A stretch of 64,000 nt of DNA from a virus: IMG/VR virus record IMGVR_UViG_3300042332_001447, positions 31,774 to 95,773 of that record. The stretch is one strand, 5' to 3'. Below are positions 20,602 to 30,660 of this stretch, piece after piece. Both the position numbers and the translations under genes were made by a program. How positions within the stretch are numbered: position 1 is the stretch's first letter; each line of letters starts with the position of its first letter. The notes beneath the pieces were generated by a model. The model saw nothing but the letters and a program-made list of their open reading frames with translations. It was not told the origin of the DNA and ran no database searches.

Positions 20602-22422
20602 TTAATATTCTACTTGCTCAAAAGAACCAAACGATGAGTTAACCTGTATTCTTGTGTGTAGATTTTCTAAGTCGTGGAAAAACGGGTATTCAAAATATTG
20701 CATTAAAACATCATTTCTTGTTACTTGTATATCATTCTCTGGATAAGACGGGTTCCATATTAAAAACGATACACCATCTACTGATTCACCTGTGTCATCT
20801 CTAACTGTCTTAACTTCACCGACTCCTGGTATGTCCTTTATACCTTGATTTATTTCTCTTAAGTTAATAGTTTGCCCTAACCTTGTATCTACTCTGTTAA
20901 AGTATTTTTTTATAAATTCGACGACATCATTCACGATCATATCATCATTTACTCGTATATTTGGAGATTTACGAATTACAAGTTTACAAATATCTCCATC
21001 AATAGACGCTATATCCGTATCAGATGATTGTACACCAAAGCTTACTGCTTTATATACAGGGTCTACAAACGTTGTTTCAGTAGTAGCCATCTTGGTACTC
21101 AACATAGAGGAAGTTATTAATTCTTTCTGGGCAGGAGTTAAATAGTTGTAATTATTATTAACTGTTGCTCTAGGCACTATAATGAGGTATACATTATTAA
21201 AACTACAACTATCCGCATATAAGACTTGATTAAGAAGCGCTCTATCTGTTGCATAGGGAGCATTTAAACCTATATCATAGAAATATTTCATATAGCCAGA
21301 AGCGTAGGACCAATTATTTACAGCTTTGACATCAGATATTAAATTCGTAAAATTAGCTTTTACAAAAACTTCATAATCGTTTACTGTTACTAGTCTGTAC
21401 TGGCTTCGATAGACTGCTGGTGCAAGTTGCCTTATATCGTCAGCAGTCTCTGGTTCTTTAGGTAAAGTCGAGCTTGCTGCGTTTTTAATTAAAAAGCTTG
21501 GTAATTCGTTAGATTCAAGATATGTGAGCTTTTCGTTATTAACATCATTAATGATACTATCGTACTGTGGTGTATTATATCTTCTAAGCTCAGATGTAGT
21601 AAACTCTTCACCTACCACTCCACTGTCGCCGTCACTTACAAGGTAGTAAATAGCAACTATATCTCCTTCCTTTAAACTCTTACCGTTGATATCGTTACCG
21701 AATTTTAATTCGTATCTTTTATTACTGTTAAATCTTATTTCAAATTTTTCTGCTAAACCATCTTCAAGGTAAAGATTAGTTGTTTTACGGTATTGCTTCC
21801 ACAGTCCAGTTTGGACAGATTTTACATAAACATCAATATTGAAATGATCTACTTTATTGTCTGTGGTGTTTATAATTAAAATTTCATTACCTTCCCCGGT
21901 TGCAACATACTGGGGATATTCTTGATACTGACCTTGAAAAAGAAGTTTAAGTCTTGATAGTTCTAATAGCTCCTCTGTTGTACCGCTAACAGTCTTAACA
22001 ACTGATATATCTTCATTAAATGAATACGCTATACCGTTCATGTTAACAGTGGTATAGCGAGGTATTGCGTAAATACCTTGTGGTAAATTGCTTACTGAAA
22101 CTGAAATAGATAAAGTGGATGTTTGAAAGCCGATGGGGTTATAATCTAGAAGTTTAACAATACGATTCATGTTCTCGTATAATTGACTTTCTGTGAACAT
22201 CGATTCCGTTGATGTTTTGTTGAGATAGTAGATAAGAGTGTGAAAAGAGTAAGCTACTATATCTATAATTGAAGCTAAATTACTACCTATAAAATTTTGA
22301 TCTGTAAAAACTTTTTGTTCGTTGAGTCTACTTACTATTAGCTGTCTTAAAGATAGTGCGTCAAACGCAACGTAACCATCCTTTGGTATACTATAAACGC
22401 TGGAATCTGTTATATTACTCAT
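20602..22422 (-). CDS. gp6: baseplate wedge subunit, T4 gp6-like
   Basis: FTDQNFIGSNLASIIDIVAY, YELKFGNDINGK, ETADDIRQLAP..YRSQYRLVTVNDYE motifs; follows gp25. Confidence 0.85.
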   Translation of the reverse strand: MSNITDSSVYSIPKDGYVAFDALSLRQLIVSRLNEQKVFTDQNFIGSNLASIIDIVAYSFHTLIYYLNKTSTESMFTESQLYENMNRIVKLLDYNPIGFQTSTLSISVSVSNLPQGIYAIPRYTTVNMNGIAYSFNEDISVVKTVSGTTEELLELSRLKLLFQGQYQEYPQYVATGEGNEILIINTTDNKVDHFNIDVYVKSVQTGLWKQYRKTTNLYLEDGLAEKFEIRFNSNKRYELKFGNDINGKSLKEGDIVAIYYLVSDGDSGVVGEEFTTSELRRYNTPQYDSIINDVNNEKLTYLESNELPSFLIKNAASSTLPKEPETADDIRQLAPAVYRSQYRLVTVNDYEVFVKANFTNLISDVKAVNNWSYASGYMKYFYDIGLNAPYATDRALLNQVLYADSCSFNNVYLIIVPRATVNNNYNYLTPAQKELITSSMLSTKMATTETTFVDPVYKAVSFGVQSSDTDIASIDGDICKLVIRKSPNIRVNDDMIVNDVVEFIKKYFNRVDTRLGQTINLREINQGIKDIPGVGEVKTVRDDTGESVDGVSFLIWNPSYPENDIQVTRNDVLMQYFEYPFFHDLENLHTRIQVNSSFGSFEQVEY

Positions 22423-22425
22423 ATA

Positions 22426-22929
22426 TTACTTAGTTAATGTATCTGTAGATAGGGATATAAAGCTTTGCTCTTTCGTATCTATTGCAAAGCTTGATTTTAT
22501 AAATTGACTTAAAATTCTTATAGTGTAGTAAACATCAATTATATATGTATTATCGTCAGGTATTGCTGTAATTTCTATATTTTCAACATTGATTCGTGGT
22601 TCATACTTCTCTATACCATGAAGAATAGCATTACCGATAGCGTCGCCATTAGTCTCGTTAATCTGTACAAAAACATATTTTAAAAGATCTACCCCATATT
22701 CAGGAAATAAAAATCTCTGCCCAGGTCTTGTATTAAAGAGATTTAGTAGGGAGTTTGAAATAGCTTTAGCATCTAAACTTACCTGTATATCTTTACCGGG
22801 TACGGATTTACTAAATCCGCTTTTAAGTGTTTTTTCTAAACCAATATCTAATGACAAATCCTTATACACGTACTGCTTGACACTGTACTGTTCAGAAAGA
22901 TCTTTAAGAGATTTAACTTTGATTGCCAT
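22426..22929 (-). CDS. gp25: baseplate wedge / sheath initiator, gp25-like
   Basis: AISNSLLNLFNTRPGQRFLFPEYG...IEKYEPRI. Confidence 0.9.
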   Translation of the reverse strand: MAIKVKSLKDLSEQYSVKQYVYKDLSLDIGLEKTLKSGFSKSVPGKDIQVSLDAKAISNSLLNLFNTRPGQRFLFPEYGVDLLKYVFVQINETNGDAIGNAILHGIEKYEPRINVENIEITAIPDDNTYIIDVYYTIRILSQFIKSSFAIDTKEQSFISLSTDTLTK

Positions 22930-23019
22930 GTATAATAATTAAGCAAAAAAATTTGAACTGTAAGTAATTTGTTTCGTGAAGTTTGTTGGGTTCTGGCATA
23001 AATATAATACATACGTAAT

Positions 23020-23580
23020 ATGAAAATGAACTTTAATGCCCTATATAATAAAATGCTTTCAGAGCATGTACTGGAAAGAGATCAACAAGGCGGATTTCAA
23101 CTCGGGGATAGAGTCGTTTTCAAAAAAGACTGGCAAAAAAATAACTATTTTGACGGTAAAGGTGCAAGTTTTCTTGAAACTATAAAGAGCTGTAGCTCGC
23201 CAGGGTTTGACTTACCGCTACGTATAAGTTCTTTTACAACATTAAAACCTACTAGTCTTCAAGATGTGGGTTACGGTAAAGTAAGTACTACAGGAATATT
23301 GGTTGATATTGTAATTGAGTACGCTCCAGGGCTCTTCCGCAACCCAATGACTGTTCCTATCGAAGTTCTCGAGAGACAAGATGATGGTATAAATACAGGG
23401 CCACGTGTTGCTAGCTGGACTCGTAAATCGAGAGTTCACAGCCCTGAAGAAATTAAAGCAAAAGGTGCAGAAAATTTTGATGTAAATCTTATAAACAAAA
23501 ATACTGTCTTACCTACAGCTACAAAATCTCGAGACGATACTAAGCCGTCTAAAAACTGGAAACCTTTTCCGACTAAGTGA
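23020..23580 (+). CDS. hypothetical late protein
   Basis: 186-aa ORF preceded by CATAAATA at 22998-23005. Confidence 0.6.
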   Translation: MKMNFNALYNKMLSEHVLERDQQGGFQLGDRVVFKKDWQKNNYFDGKGASFLETIKSCSSPGFDLPLRISSFTTLKPTSLQDVGYGKVSTTGILVDIVIEYAPGLFRNPMTVPIEVLERQDDGINTGPRVASWTRKSRVHSPEEIKAKGAENFDVNLINKNTVLPTATKSRDDTKPSKNWKPFPTK

Positions 23581-23601
23581 ACTACCGATTAACTAAAGAT
23601 C
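23577..23601 (-). mobile_element. scar of the IS605-like mini-element right end
   Basis: gtgaactaccgattaactaaagatc matches 34541-34565 at 22 of 25 positions. Confidence 0.65.
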
Positions 23602-23631
23602 TCCTAATCTCTGAGAGTAGGCTTTCTTATT

Positions 23632-24324
23632 TTAACTTATTTTCCAAAATTCAGCCTGTCCACCTAAACTCGTTAAAACGGTGTTTGTGTTGCTAGCTTT
23701 TTGCTGTACTCCGTAAACGGTGCTTGTTGATGTTACTTTTATCGTACCTTCTAGTGTTAAATGATGAGTGGTATGTTGCAATGGTGTATTAGATGCACTC
23801 CCCGCATTTGTCATATTATCAAGCATAGGGGTAAATTTTATAAATTTAACTGCTGTGCCTTCAACAAACTGCACGGTTGTTGTATAGTATAACCCGCTCG
23901 TGTACACTAAGTTATCTTTGAGATGACAGGGAAGATGAATTTTACATTGATATACACCTGTAGATTTAAAGTTAAAATTACCTGATCCTTGATTATTAAT
24001 AAAAGAAATAGATGTTTCTTCTAAACCACTGTACACTCTGTTTTGAAATGTTGTTCCAATACTTACATTTGCTGAAGCTAGATTTTCATAAAGTCTAGCG
24101 TAAGGGTAGCTTCCGAGATTATTCATAACAATAGTATTTAATGCATTTAAACTAGCGGATAGTGAAGAAATTTTTGTTTGTAGTGCTATATCAGTAGCAT
24201 CAAAATGATTAAAGTTTGCATTAATAACATCTAAAGAATCTCCCATGCACCATTCTTGATAAATTCTATACGGTACATTAGGATATGGAGTTGAAGGTAG
24301 GACTGTCGTGTTAAAAAGAGCCAT
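23632..24324 (-). CDS. short fibre-like virion protein
   Basis: CMGDSLDVINANF anchor motif shared with 76..1386, followed by a coiled-coil-like segment. Confidence 0.55.
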   Translation of the reverse strand: MALFNTTVLPSTPYPNVPYRIYQEWCMGDSLDVINANFNHFDATDIALQTKISSLSASLNALNTIVMNNLGSYPYARLYENLASANVSIGTTFQNRVYSGLEETSISFINNQGSGNFNFKSTGVYQCKIHLPCHLKDNLVYTSGLYYTTTVQFVEGTAVKFIKFTPMLDNMTNAGSASNTPLQHTTHHLTLEGTIKVTSTSTVYGVQQKASNTNTVLTSLGGQAEFWKIS

Positions 24325-24343
24325 AAGAATTTATATATTATAT

Positions 24344-24865
24344 TTATTCGTTAATTTCTGTTATGGATGTGTCTATAACTTGTATATCCTCTAATTGATC
24401 TACTTTTTGTACAATATCATCTTGTATTAGTGCTTTAAACATCTCACTCCTTGAAGCTATAACTACATTAGTATTATTAACAGTGTTTGTACCTGGTAAC
24501 AGAGCTGCAACTTCTTTTCTATTTTCAAGCTCCATTATTTTAAGTTCTTTTGTAGCTTCGTTTTTCTTTTTAAGTAAAACCATTTTATTTAAAGCTTCTA
24601 TAGCTCCTGTTGTAGAGGTAATCAAACTCGCTAAAGCATCTATTTCATCGGGGTTTTGACCCTGTACTATATAATCTCTTAAATCAGATACAGAATCTAG
24701 CCCTGCATTAATTAATGCTTCAGAGCTTTTAATGACAAAGTCAGTTACGTTGTCTTCGGTTATCTCGGTTTTTCTTGTTTCTCTGGTTCTAGGAACCGTA
24801 ATAGGTGGAAAGTTAAACCCTGAAAGCTCGTCGAGTAAAGTATCTAAACCATCATTCTCTGTCAT
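24344..24865 (-). CDS. terminase small subunit, gp16-like
   Basis: helical core plus C-terminal TNTVNNTNVVIASRSEMFKAL resembling T4-like gp16; TATAAGTA 5 nt upstream. Confidence 0.6.
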   Translation of the reverse strand: MTENDGLDTLLDELSGFNFPPITVPRTRETRKTEITEDNVTDFVIKSSEALINAGLDSVSDLRDYIVQGQNPDEIDALASLITSTTGAIEALNKMVLLKKKNEATKELKIMELENRKEVAALLPGTNTVNNTNVVIASRSEMFKALIQDDIVQKVDQLEDIQVIDTSITEINE

Positions 24866-24887
24866 TTAAGTACTTATATCTTTTGAG

Positions 24888-24915
24888 TTGAAAAATCCTC
24901 TCTCTAATGTAATAT
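24888..24915 (+). promoter_or_regulatory. sigma70-like early promoter (TTGAAA-16 nt-TAATAT)
   Basis: upstream of the plus-strand island (small ORF, dut, gp44). Confidence 0.4.
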
Positions 24916-24923
24916 AGTATCGT

Positions 24924-25088
24924 ATGAACATAACTATTCAAACTAGAGAAGGTACGTTTATCGTACCACCTGAAAAACAAGACCAACTCGTTGCTTGGCT
25001 ATCTGCTAACGCAGTAAAAGTAGGGCAACAGACTGTTGGTGAAATTAGAGAACCAAACTTCACTGGTAGACAATTTATTACCGAATAG
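24924..25088 (+). CDS. small hypothetical protein (54 aa, MNITIQTREGTFIVPPEKQ...), absent from the ORF track
   Basis: ATG at 24924 to TAG at 25088; fills the intergenic gap downstream of a promoter-like sequence. Confidence 0.6.
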   Translation: MNITIQTREGTFIVPPEKQDQLVAWLSANAVKVGQQTVGEIREPNFTGRQFITE

Positions 25089-25089
25089 T

Positions 25090-25881
25090 TCATCTATGCT
25101 TTTTTGTTTTCCATATACCTGTTTGCAGATAAGATAGAGCGTTATTTCTTCTCGTTTTAAGCATCTGTTGCACATTAGGGTGTTGGCTTTTTGTTTTTAA
25201 AAAAATTAAAAATTCTTGCTCTGTCATATTTGCTAATTTTAAATCTCCTTTTTTGCCGTTTTGATTACCCTTTAGCTTATCAGATGTAATTCTTCGACCT
25301 TCATTATTTTCTTTTGTTTTACCTAAATGTTGTTTTCTTATTTTTTCATTAATTTGATCGCGATATTTTGTTTGAGTTTCTTTAGAGCGTATAAGAGCAA
25401 TTAACGGCAATCTTTTACCTTTCATTCTTTCACTATGTTCCTTATCAGCTCTAATTCTTATTAAAGATCTGCCTTTTTTGTATTTTGTTTCAGCGCCTCT
25501 CTTTTGAGCTTCTGTGCGCTGATCTCCTTTTAAAAATACTTTGTAGTGAGATATTCTGTATTGTTCTGGGGTATAAATTGCGCTCACAGTTGTCCATTTA
25601 GCATTACCATTAATACGGTTGTAAAATTTTGGGTTATTTGACGCGTTAACTTTATGTAAGTATTTTTCTTCAGCCGTAATAGCTTCTTTTTCTGTTTCAT
25701 AATATCTAACAATAGTTTTTTTAAAAAACTGTATTCCGTACTTTTGTATATCTTCTTTAAGATATTTACTACTACTGTAATAATTACCATTATCTTTTTT
25801 AATTGTTTTATATCCAAAATAAAATTTAGGTCCTGGCAATTTATTATTTCTAACTATAATATAGGTGTATGCTTTCATCAC
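25090..25881 (-). CDS. free-standing GIY-YIG (Seg-like) homing endonuclease
   Basis: YTYII...FYFGYK...YYSSS...IQKYG..FFKKTI...EAITAEE...FYN, then a basic C-terminal DNA-binding region. Confidence 0.8.
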   Translation of the reverse strand: MMKAYTYIIVRNNKLPGPKFYFGYKTIKKDNGNYYSSSKYLKEDIQKYGIQFFKKTIVRYYETEKEAITAEEKYLHKVNASNNPKFYNRINGNAKWTTVSAIYTPEQYRISHYKVFLKGDQRTEAQKRGAETKYKKGRSLIRIRADKEHSERMKGKRLPLIALIRSKETQTKYRDQINEKIRKQHLGKTKENNEGRRITSDKLKGNQNGKKGDLKLANMTEQEFLIFLKTKSQHPNVQQMLKTRRNNALSYLQTGIWKTKKHR

Positions 25882-26351
25882 ATAATACTTATAACACCTC
25901 GGTAGACATTATTAACAATAAAAAACCGTCTATAAAGTTTGCTAAAACTCACAAAGACGCGCATTTACCTTCAAGAGCACATGAAACTGATACAGGTTAC
26001 GATTTATATTGTGTTGAAGATATTACGATAAAATCACGATTTCATGGTGTTGTACCTGTGGGGTTACAAGTTGCAGATATTACTCCGGGGTATTGGTATC
26101 TCATCTTACCAAGAAGCGGTCTTGGGTTTAAACATCAATTACAGCCACATCTTGGCGTTATAGATTCAGGGTATCGGGGTTCTTTAGACGTACAGATTTA
26201 TAATTTTAGTGATAAAGACTATACCTTTATAAAGGGTGACAGAGTTGCACAACTAGCTTTTTATCCTCTTATTAGCATGGAAACTTCATTTATTGAAGAG
26301 GTAATACCTGCTGATAGAGGTAATAAAGGTCTTGGATCATCTGGTAAATGA
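25869..26351 (+). CDS. dut: dUTPase (trimeric)
   Basis: GYDL, PRSGLG, GVIDSGYRG, GDRVAQL, RGNKGLGSSG motifs. Confidence 0.95.
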   Translation: MLSSHNTYNTSVDIINNKKPSIKFAKTHKDAHLPSRAHETDTGYDLYCVEDITIKSRFHGVVPVGLQVADITPGYWYLILPRSGLGFKHQLQPHLGVIDSGYRGSLDVQIYNFSDKDYTFIKGDRVAQLAFYPLISMETSFIEEVIPADRGNKGLGSSGK

Positions 26352-26366
26352 TGGTATAATATATGC

Positions 26367-27296
26367 ATGTTTACTGAACTTTTTGTAGAGCGTTACAGGC
26401 CAAAAAAACTCGAAGACCTTGTCTTAAGTGACGAAGATCTAAATTTTTTTACATCTTTAAAAGATAAAAAAGAAATACCTAATTTACTTTTTGCAGGTTC
26501 CCCTGGTACAGGTAAAACAAGTCTCGCTAAAATTATTGTTAATGATATTTTAAAGTGTCAGTATCTTTATATTAACGCGTCTGATGAGAACGGGATTGAC
26601 ACTATAAGAAATAAAGTTATCGGGTTCTCACAGACTAAGTCCTTTGATGGTGGTATTAAGATAGTACTACTTGATGAGGCAGATTCTATATCACTAGAAG
26701 GATCAAAGGCTCTTCGAAATGTTATCGAGGAATATTCTGAAAATACGAGATTTATATTTACGTGTAACTACCTCTTTAAGATAATACCCGCACTGCAATC
26801 AAGATGTCAGATTTTTAATCTTGTTCCTCCTCTCGATAAAGTCATCGGTAGAGTTGTGTCTATCCTCAAACAAGAAAATATTAATGTACCTGTTGAAGAG
26901 AAGCCTAAATTACTTGAATTAATTCGCTCTGGTTACCCAGATATACGGAGAATTGTAAACGACTTGCAAAAATTTTCTTTTACTGGTACACTACATATTA
27001 GTAGTAATAGAGCGAAGAGTGTCGCTGATAAGGTAATACAAAAACTTAACGATAAAATTAATATTACCGATATACGTAAATATGTTATTGAATCAGAACA
27101 AGATTTCTCAGGGGACTATATGCAACTTCTAAAAGAAATGTTTGAGTGCGTGTATAACCTACCAGATTCCTTTGTTACTAAAGGAATCTGGTTATTAACC
27201 ATATCTGAAGCTCTTTACAGAGATGCAATTGTAATTGATAAAGAAATAAACTGGTTTAGCTGCTGTTTACGTCTTAGCGGCCACAGCATCGTTTAG
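26367..27296 (+). CDS. gp44: clamp loader large subunit, gp44 / RFC-like
   Basis: VERYRP, GSPGTGKT, INASDENGID, LLDEAD, LQSRC. Confidence 0.92.
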   Translation: MFTELFVERYRPKKLEDLVLSDEDLNFFTSLKDKKEIPNLLFAGSPGTGKTSLAKIIVNDILKCQYLYINASDENGIDTIRNKVIGFSQTKSFDGGIKIVLLDEADSISLEGSKALRNVIEEYSENTRFIFTCNYLFKIIPALQSRCQIFNLVPPLDKVIGRVVSILKQENINVPVEEKPKLLELIRSGYPDIRRIVNDLQKFSFTGTLHISSNRAKSVADKVIQKLNDKINITDIRKYVIESEQDFSGDYMQLLKEMFECVYNLPDSFVTKGIWLLTISEALYRDAIVIDKEINWFSCCLRLSGHSIV

Positions 27297-27549
27297 GCGG
27301 AGTAAACTCTGGAGCCGGAGTTGCTACTGTTTCAGTAGCTGGTGCTTGAAAAGTAGTTGTATTTGTAATATTTTGTTGCAGCACTGTTTCATTAGATGTA
27401 TTTTGCAAAAAGCTGTTAACATCTGTAATAGCATCAGAATGACTGCCATATCCTACAGTACGATACACTGCTTGGTTAGAAGTTGTATCATGTACAGTAC
27501 CGAAGAATTGACTGTCAACACGTTCAATAGAAGTAAAATAATTTTTCAT
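27274..27549 (-). CDS. hypothetical protein
   Basis: 91-aa ORF preceded by AATAAATA. Confidence 0.55.
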   Translation of the reverse strand: MKNYFTSIERVDSQFFGTVHDTTSNQAVYRTVGYGSHSDAITDVNSFLQNTSNETVLQQNITNTTTFQAPATETVATPAPEFTPPKRCCGR

Positions 27550-27580
27550 ATAAAATAATATTTATTTCAAGTAATGTGAA

Positions 27581-29323
27581 TTATCTAGCTCTTTCAAAGT
27601 TGTTATCAATTGTACCTACAAACTCTACAGGTAATTTATCGAATCTATGTGTTTTAATAGCTGTAATTTCGTTGTAGTATATCTCTCCTTCAAAAACATG
27701 TTTAATGCTTATAATGAACCATTGTCCGTAAAATTTATCATTATGTGGAGTTTTATCTGCTCCCTCTGTACGATCTATCGCTATAAATCTCCCAATCTCT
27801 CTGCTCGGTAAACCGAGTGTTCTAAAGTGTATACACGCATTATGAAATAGACCGGTGTATAATAGTTTCTTAATACCATCACATTGTCTTAGTATAGGGT
27901 CTTCTCCGTATAGAGAATACGTCGGAGTTAAACTTAAATTGCGTTTATCTTTATCGAGAGTAATTAAGAACAGATCTTCTAAATTTGAATTGTTATTTTT
28001 ATATACCCCTTTAATATATTGTTTAGATATAAACTCTCTTGCTTTTTTAACAGTGTTATTTTCAAATTCAATATTGAATTTTCTTTCAGCGAAATTAAAA
28101 GAGTATACGGGACGAGTACGAAACACGCTAGAGTTTGTTAGAGGGGACATATCTACAAATCTATAATTTGTTATTAAACTATGTCTACCGGATTTTAAAT
28201 CTACTTTAGAAGATTCTCCGTTACTTATTGGAGCATAATGTCTTTTAGTAGCACCGTCACTGTTATCTGCATAGCCTTGTAAGAAGAAATGCTCAATCTG
28301 CATTGGACCTGGAGACTCTTTACTACTACCTGCTTGATTGAAGTACCAAGAAATCGGTTTTAAAGTGAAATAACCAACATCATACGGAGTCGGGCCTTTT
28401 TCTATAGTTAAAAGACTTAGATCATTAATTTGTGTTCCAGCACTTTCTATTTTTGTATTACTTGCATGATACCTATAAACATATGATAGACAATCATAAG
28501 CAGACATGTACGCAGGAGCTGTAAAGAATATACTACTACCACCATCTTCCCACTCTTCTGCTGAACCTACTAATTGTTTCACATTTAAACTTAAATCAGT
28601 AATACTACTCTCTATTATTTCTTTTATAGCAATACCTGTAGGTATAGAGTTATCTTTTTCTGCAAGGGACGCTTTAGATGCAACAGGAGAAAGTGCTGTA
28701 GAGTACTCTATTAAATTAGAGTTCATTTTTTGATACCTTATATCGTAAAAATAAAGCTTTAAGCATTTAATATCAGCTGAAGCTGCTCCAGTAGAGCCTA
28801 CAGGTTTATCTATTTCTTCTACATCATAAATTGCAAATAAATGAGATAGAGACCAAAATTTATCATTTGCATCTACAGTGTAACCTGCATATTGGGCGGT
28901 ACCTTCTTCTTTAAGATTTGAACTATCATCAACTTTAGGTGTAATTTTTATACGGAGTAAATCATCTCCGTCATTACGAAATATGTATCCAAAAAACTGA
29001 GCGGGGTCTCCTTTGCTATTTTTTTTTGAAAGCTCTGCAGGATCGATAACTTTTTTAGTATGAGCAGGTAACGCATCGGTGTGTTGCCCTGTTATATTGT
29101 CTATGCCGCTATCATTTGCATTAGGGCTATACATATATGTTAAAGTACCTCTTGTAACCCAGTCAGAAAGATCACTCTCAATAGATAAGTTAACTATAGA
29201 GTTCGGGTTAATTGGAAACTTTCTTTCAGCAGAATCCCCGTTACTGTTATCTAAATAGATTTCAATAGTGTGACGTAATTGATTGTATTTTGTTTCATAA
29301 ACAAATTGAGATGGTGCTGGCAT
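27581..29323 (-). CDS. baseplate hub protein, gp27-like
   Basis: C-terminal G..R.IG..I...YGQWFIISIKHVF...Y hub-type motif; adjacent to gp53. Confidence 0.55.
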   Translation of the reverse strand: MPAPSQFVYETKYNQLRHTIEIYLDNSNGDSAERKFPINPNSIVNLSIESDLSDWVTRGTLTYMYSPNANDSGIDNITGQHTDALPAHTKKVIDPAELSKKNSKGDPAQFFGYIFRNDGDDLLRIKITPKVDDSSNLKEEGTAQYAGYTVDANDKFWSLSHLFAIYDVEEIDKPVGSTGAASADIKCLKLYFYDIRYQKMNSNLIEYSTALSPVASKASLAEKDNSIPTGIAIKEIIESSITDLSLNVKQLVGSAEEWEDGGSSIFFTAPAYMSAYDCLSYVYRYHASNTKIESAGTQINDLSLLTIEKGPTPYDVGYFTLKPISWYFNQAGSSKESPGPMQIEHFFLQGYADNSDGATKRHYAPISNGESSKVDLKSGRHSLITNYRFVDMSPLTNSSVFRTRPVYSFNFAERKFNIEFENNTVKKAREFISKQYIKGVYKNNNSNLEDLFLITLDKDKRNLSLTPTYSLYGEDPILRQCDGIKKLLYTGLFHNACIHFRTLGLPSREIGRFIAIDRTEGADKTPHNDKFYGQWFIISIKHVFEGEIYYNEITAIKTHRFDKLPVEFVGTIDNNFERAR

Positions 29324-29325
29324 AC

Positions 29326-29679
29326 TTAATTCTCCTGTACTGTAATCTGCTCAATTATAGACTTAACAACCTCAGATTTGAGTAAACGAATCTTTGTGCC
29401 TGTTACTAATTTACCTGTAGGATTTATAATATCGTTAGCACTAACTATTACCCACCAGAGATTTGGTGTACGATAGGCTTTATAAGAAATATAAGGCCAG
29501 GTATCTTCCTCTTGTATAACATATTCATTATAATAACCTTTCGGTAAATTACTCGGTACTACAACTGTTTGTAATATATTATAAAAATATTTTGAATCTT
29601 CATCTGAATACACGTTAAAAATATTTTCAAGATTTTCTACTTTAAGATTTTTTAAATCGTTTATTTGATTCTGCTTCAT
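29326..29679 (-). CDS. gp53: baseplate wedge protein gp53-like (LysM-like); likely start MKQNQ at 29679
   Basis: EDTWPYISYKAYRTPNLWWVIVSANDIINP. Confidence 0.8.
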   Translation of the reverse strand: MKQNQINDLKNLKVENLENIFNVYSDEDSKYFYNILQTVVVPSNLPKGYYNEYVIQEEDTWPYISYKAYRTPNLWWVIVSANDIINPTGKLVTGTKIRLLKSEVVKSIIEQITVQEN

Positions 29680-29680
29680 A

Positions 29681-30652
29681 TTAATCTCCTCTTCCAGGGC
29701 TTTGTAATTTTGTAAAAACTTTAGGATTTTCAATTTGTTGAAATAGGTTTTTACTCGGCATAACCATATCTGTTAAAGTTATAGTTACGTCGTACGCATC
29801 CGGTACAACACAACTCATATTTTTATCTAACAAGGGTAATTTTCTCATATTGCCTTTATTACCTATCGTAATATTTGTAACACAGGATGCATAACTATAA
29901 TGCTGACCTGGTACGAGTACTTCATAGAAAACGGGCGGTAAACTGGTTATTAAATCTCTTTTATTATATAAATTCTGATTTACTAGTAACATACATAGTT
30001 CTCTGTTTAATATCCAGTCATCAGGTGCAAGAGTATTAAAGAGTGAAAATTTTATATCTATACTTCTTTCGCTATGGGATTCCCACATTTTCGGTCTGTC
30101 CGTAGCGCCAACCTTTGGATAACCACCGAGAGTTGCAAGACCGGTACCGAGTGCTTGTTTGAGCATCTCAGCACCCGTACCTAATGCATTTGCAGCTTCA
30201 CTGCCAGCTATTAACCCGGTTAACCCTTTTGCAGCTTTACCTATACCTTCTACCTGATCTAAAGCTGTCCACTGAGCTGTTGTTACCTGAAAATTGATAT
30301 CAGAAAAATAAGGCATGTAATATTTAAACCCTGTAGGATTGTCTTTAGGGAACAAATTTTGATAGGGTTCTAACGGATCGTCTTGACCGAAAAGAGAATA
30401 TTCTAAAGCATTACCCGCACCTCGAGCGTATCTATACGCAGCTCTCTTAAGAGTTCCCTCATTGAATTCATACTCTTTTAATATAACATATGGAGTATCT
30501 TTTCTTGCTTCTTTCGGTGCAAGAGTCCACGGAAAATCGTTCGTTACGTTTATATCGCTACCGTAATCACTAGGGGTATATAGTTTTGCAAGCCCTGCTT
30601 GGCCTTGACTCCAAGTCATACTTTGATCTCTCTCTGCGTATATTTTTTTCAT
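29681..30652 (-). CDS. baseplate tail-tube cap, gp48-like
   Basis: tube-fold-like C-terminus (RSIDIKFSLF...PP.F....C..NI.I); lies next to gp53. Confidence 0.55.
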   Translation of the reverse strand: MKKIYAERDQSMTWSQGQAGLAKLYTPSDYGSDINVTNDFPWTLAPKEARKDTPYVILKEYEFNEGTLKRAAYRYARGAGNALEYSLFGQDDPLEPYQNLFPKDNPTGFKYYMPYFSDINFQVTTAQWTALDQVEGIGKAAKGLTGLIAGSEAANALGTGAEMLKQALGTGLATLGGYPKVGATDRPKMWESHSERSIDIKFSLFNTLAPDDWILNRELCMLLVNQNLYNKRDLITSLPPVFYEVLVPGQHYSYASCVTNITIGNKGNMRKLPLLDKNMSCVVPDAYDVTITLTDMVMPSKNLFQQIENPKVFTKLQSPGRGD

Positions 30653-30660
30653 ATATTATT

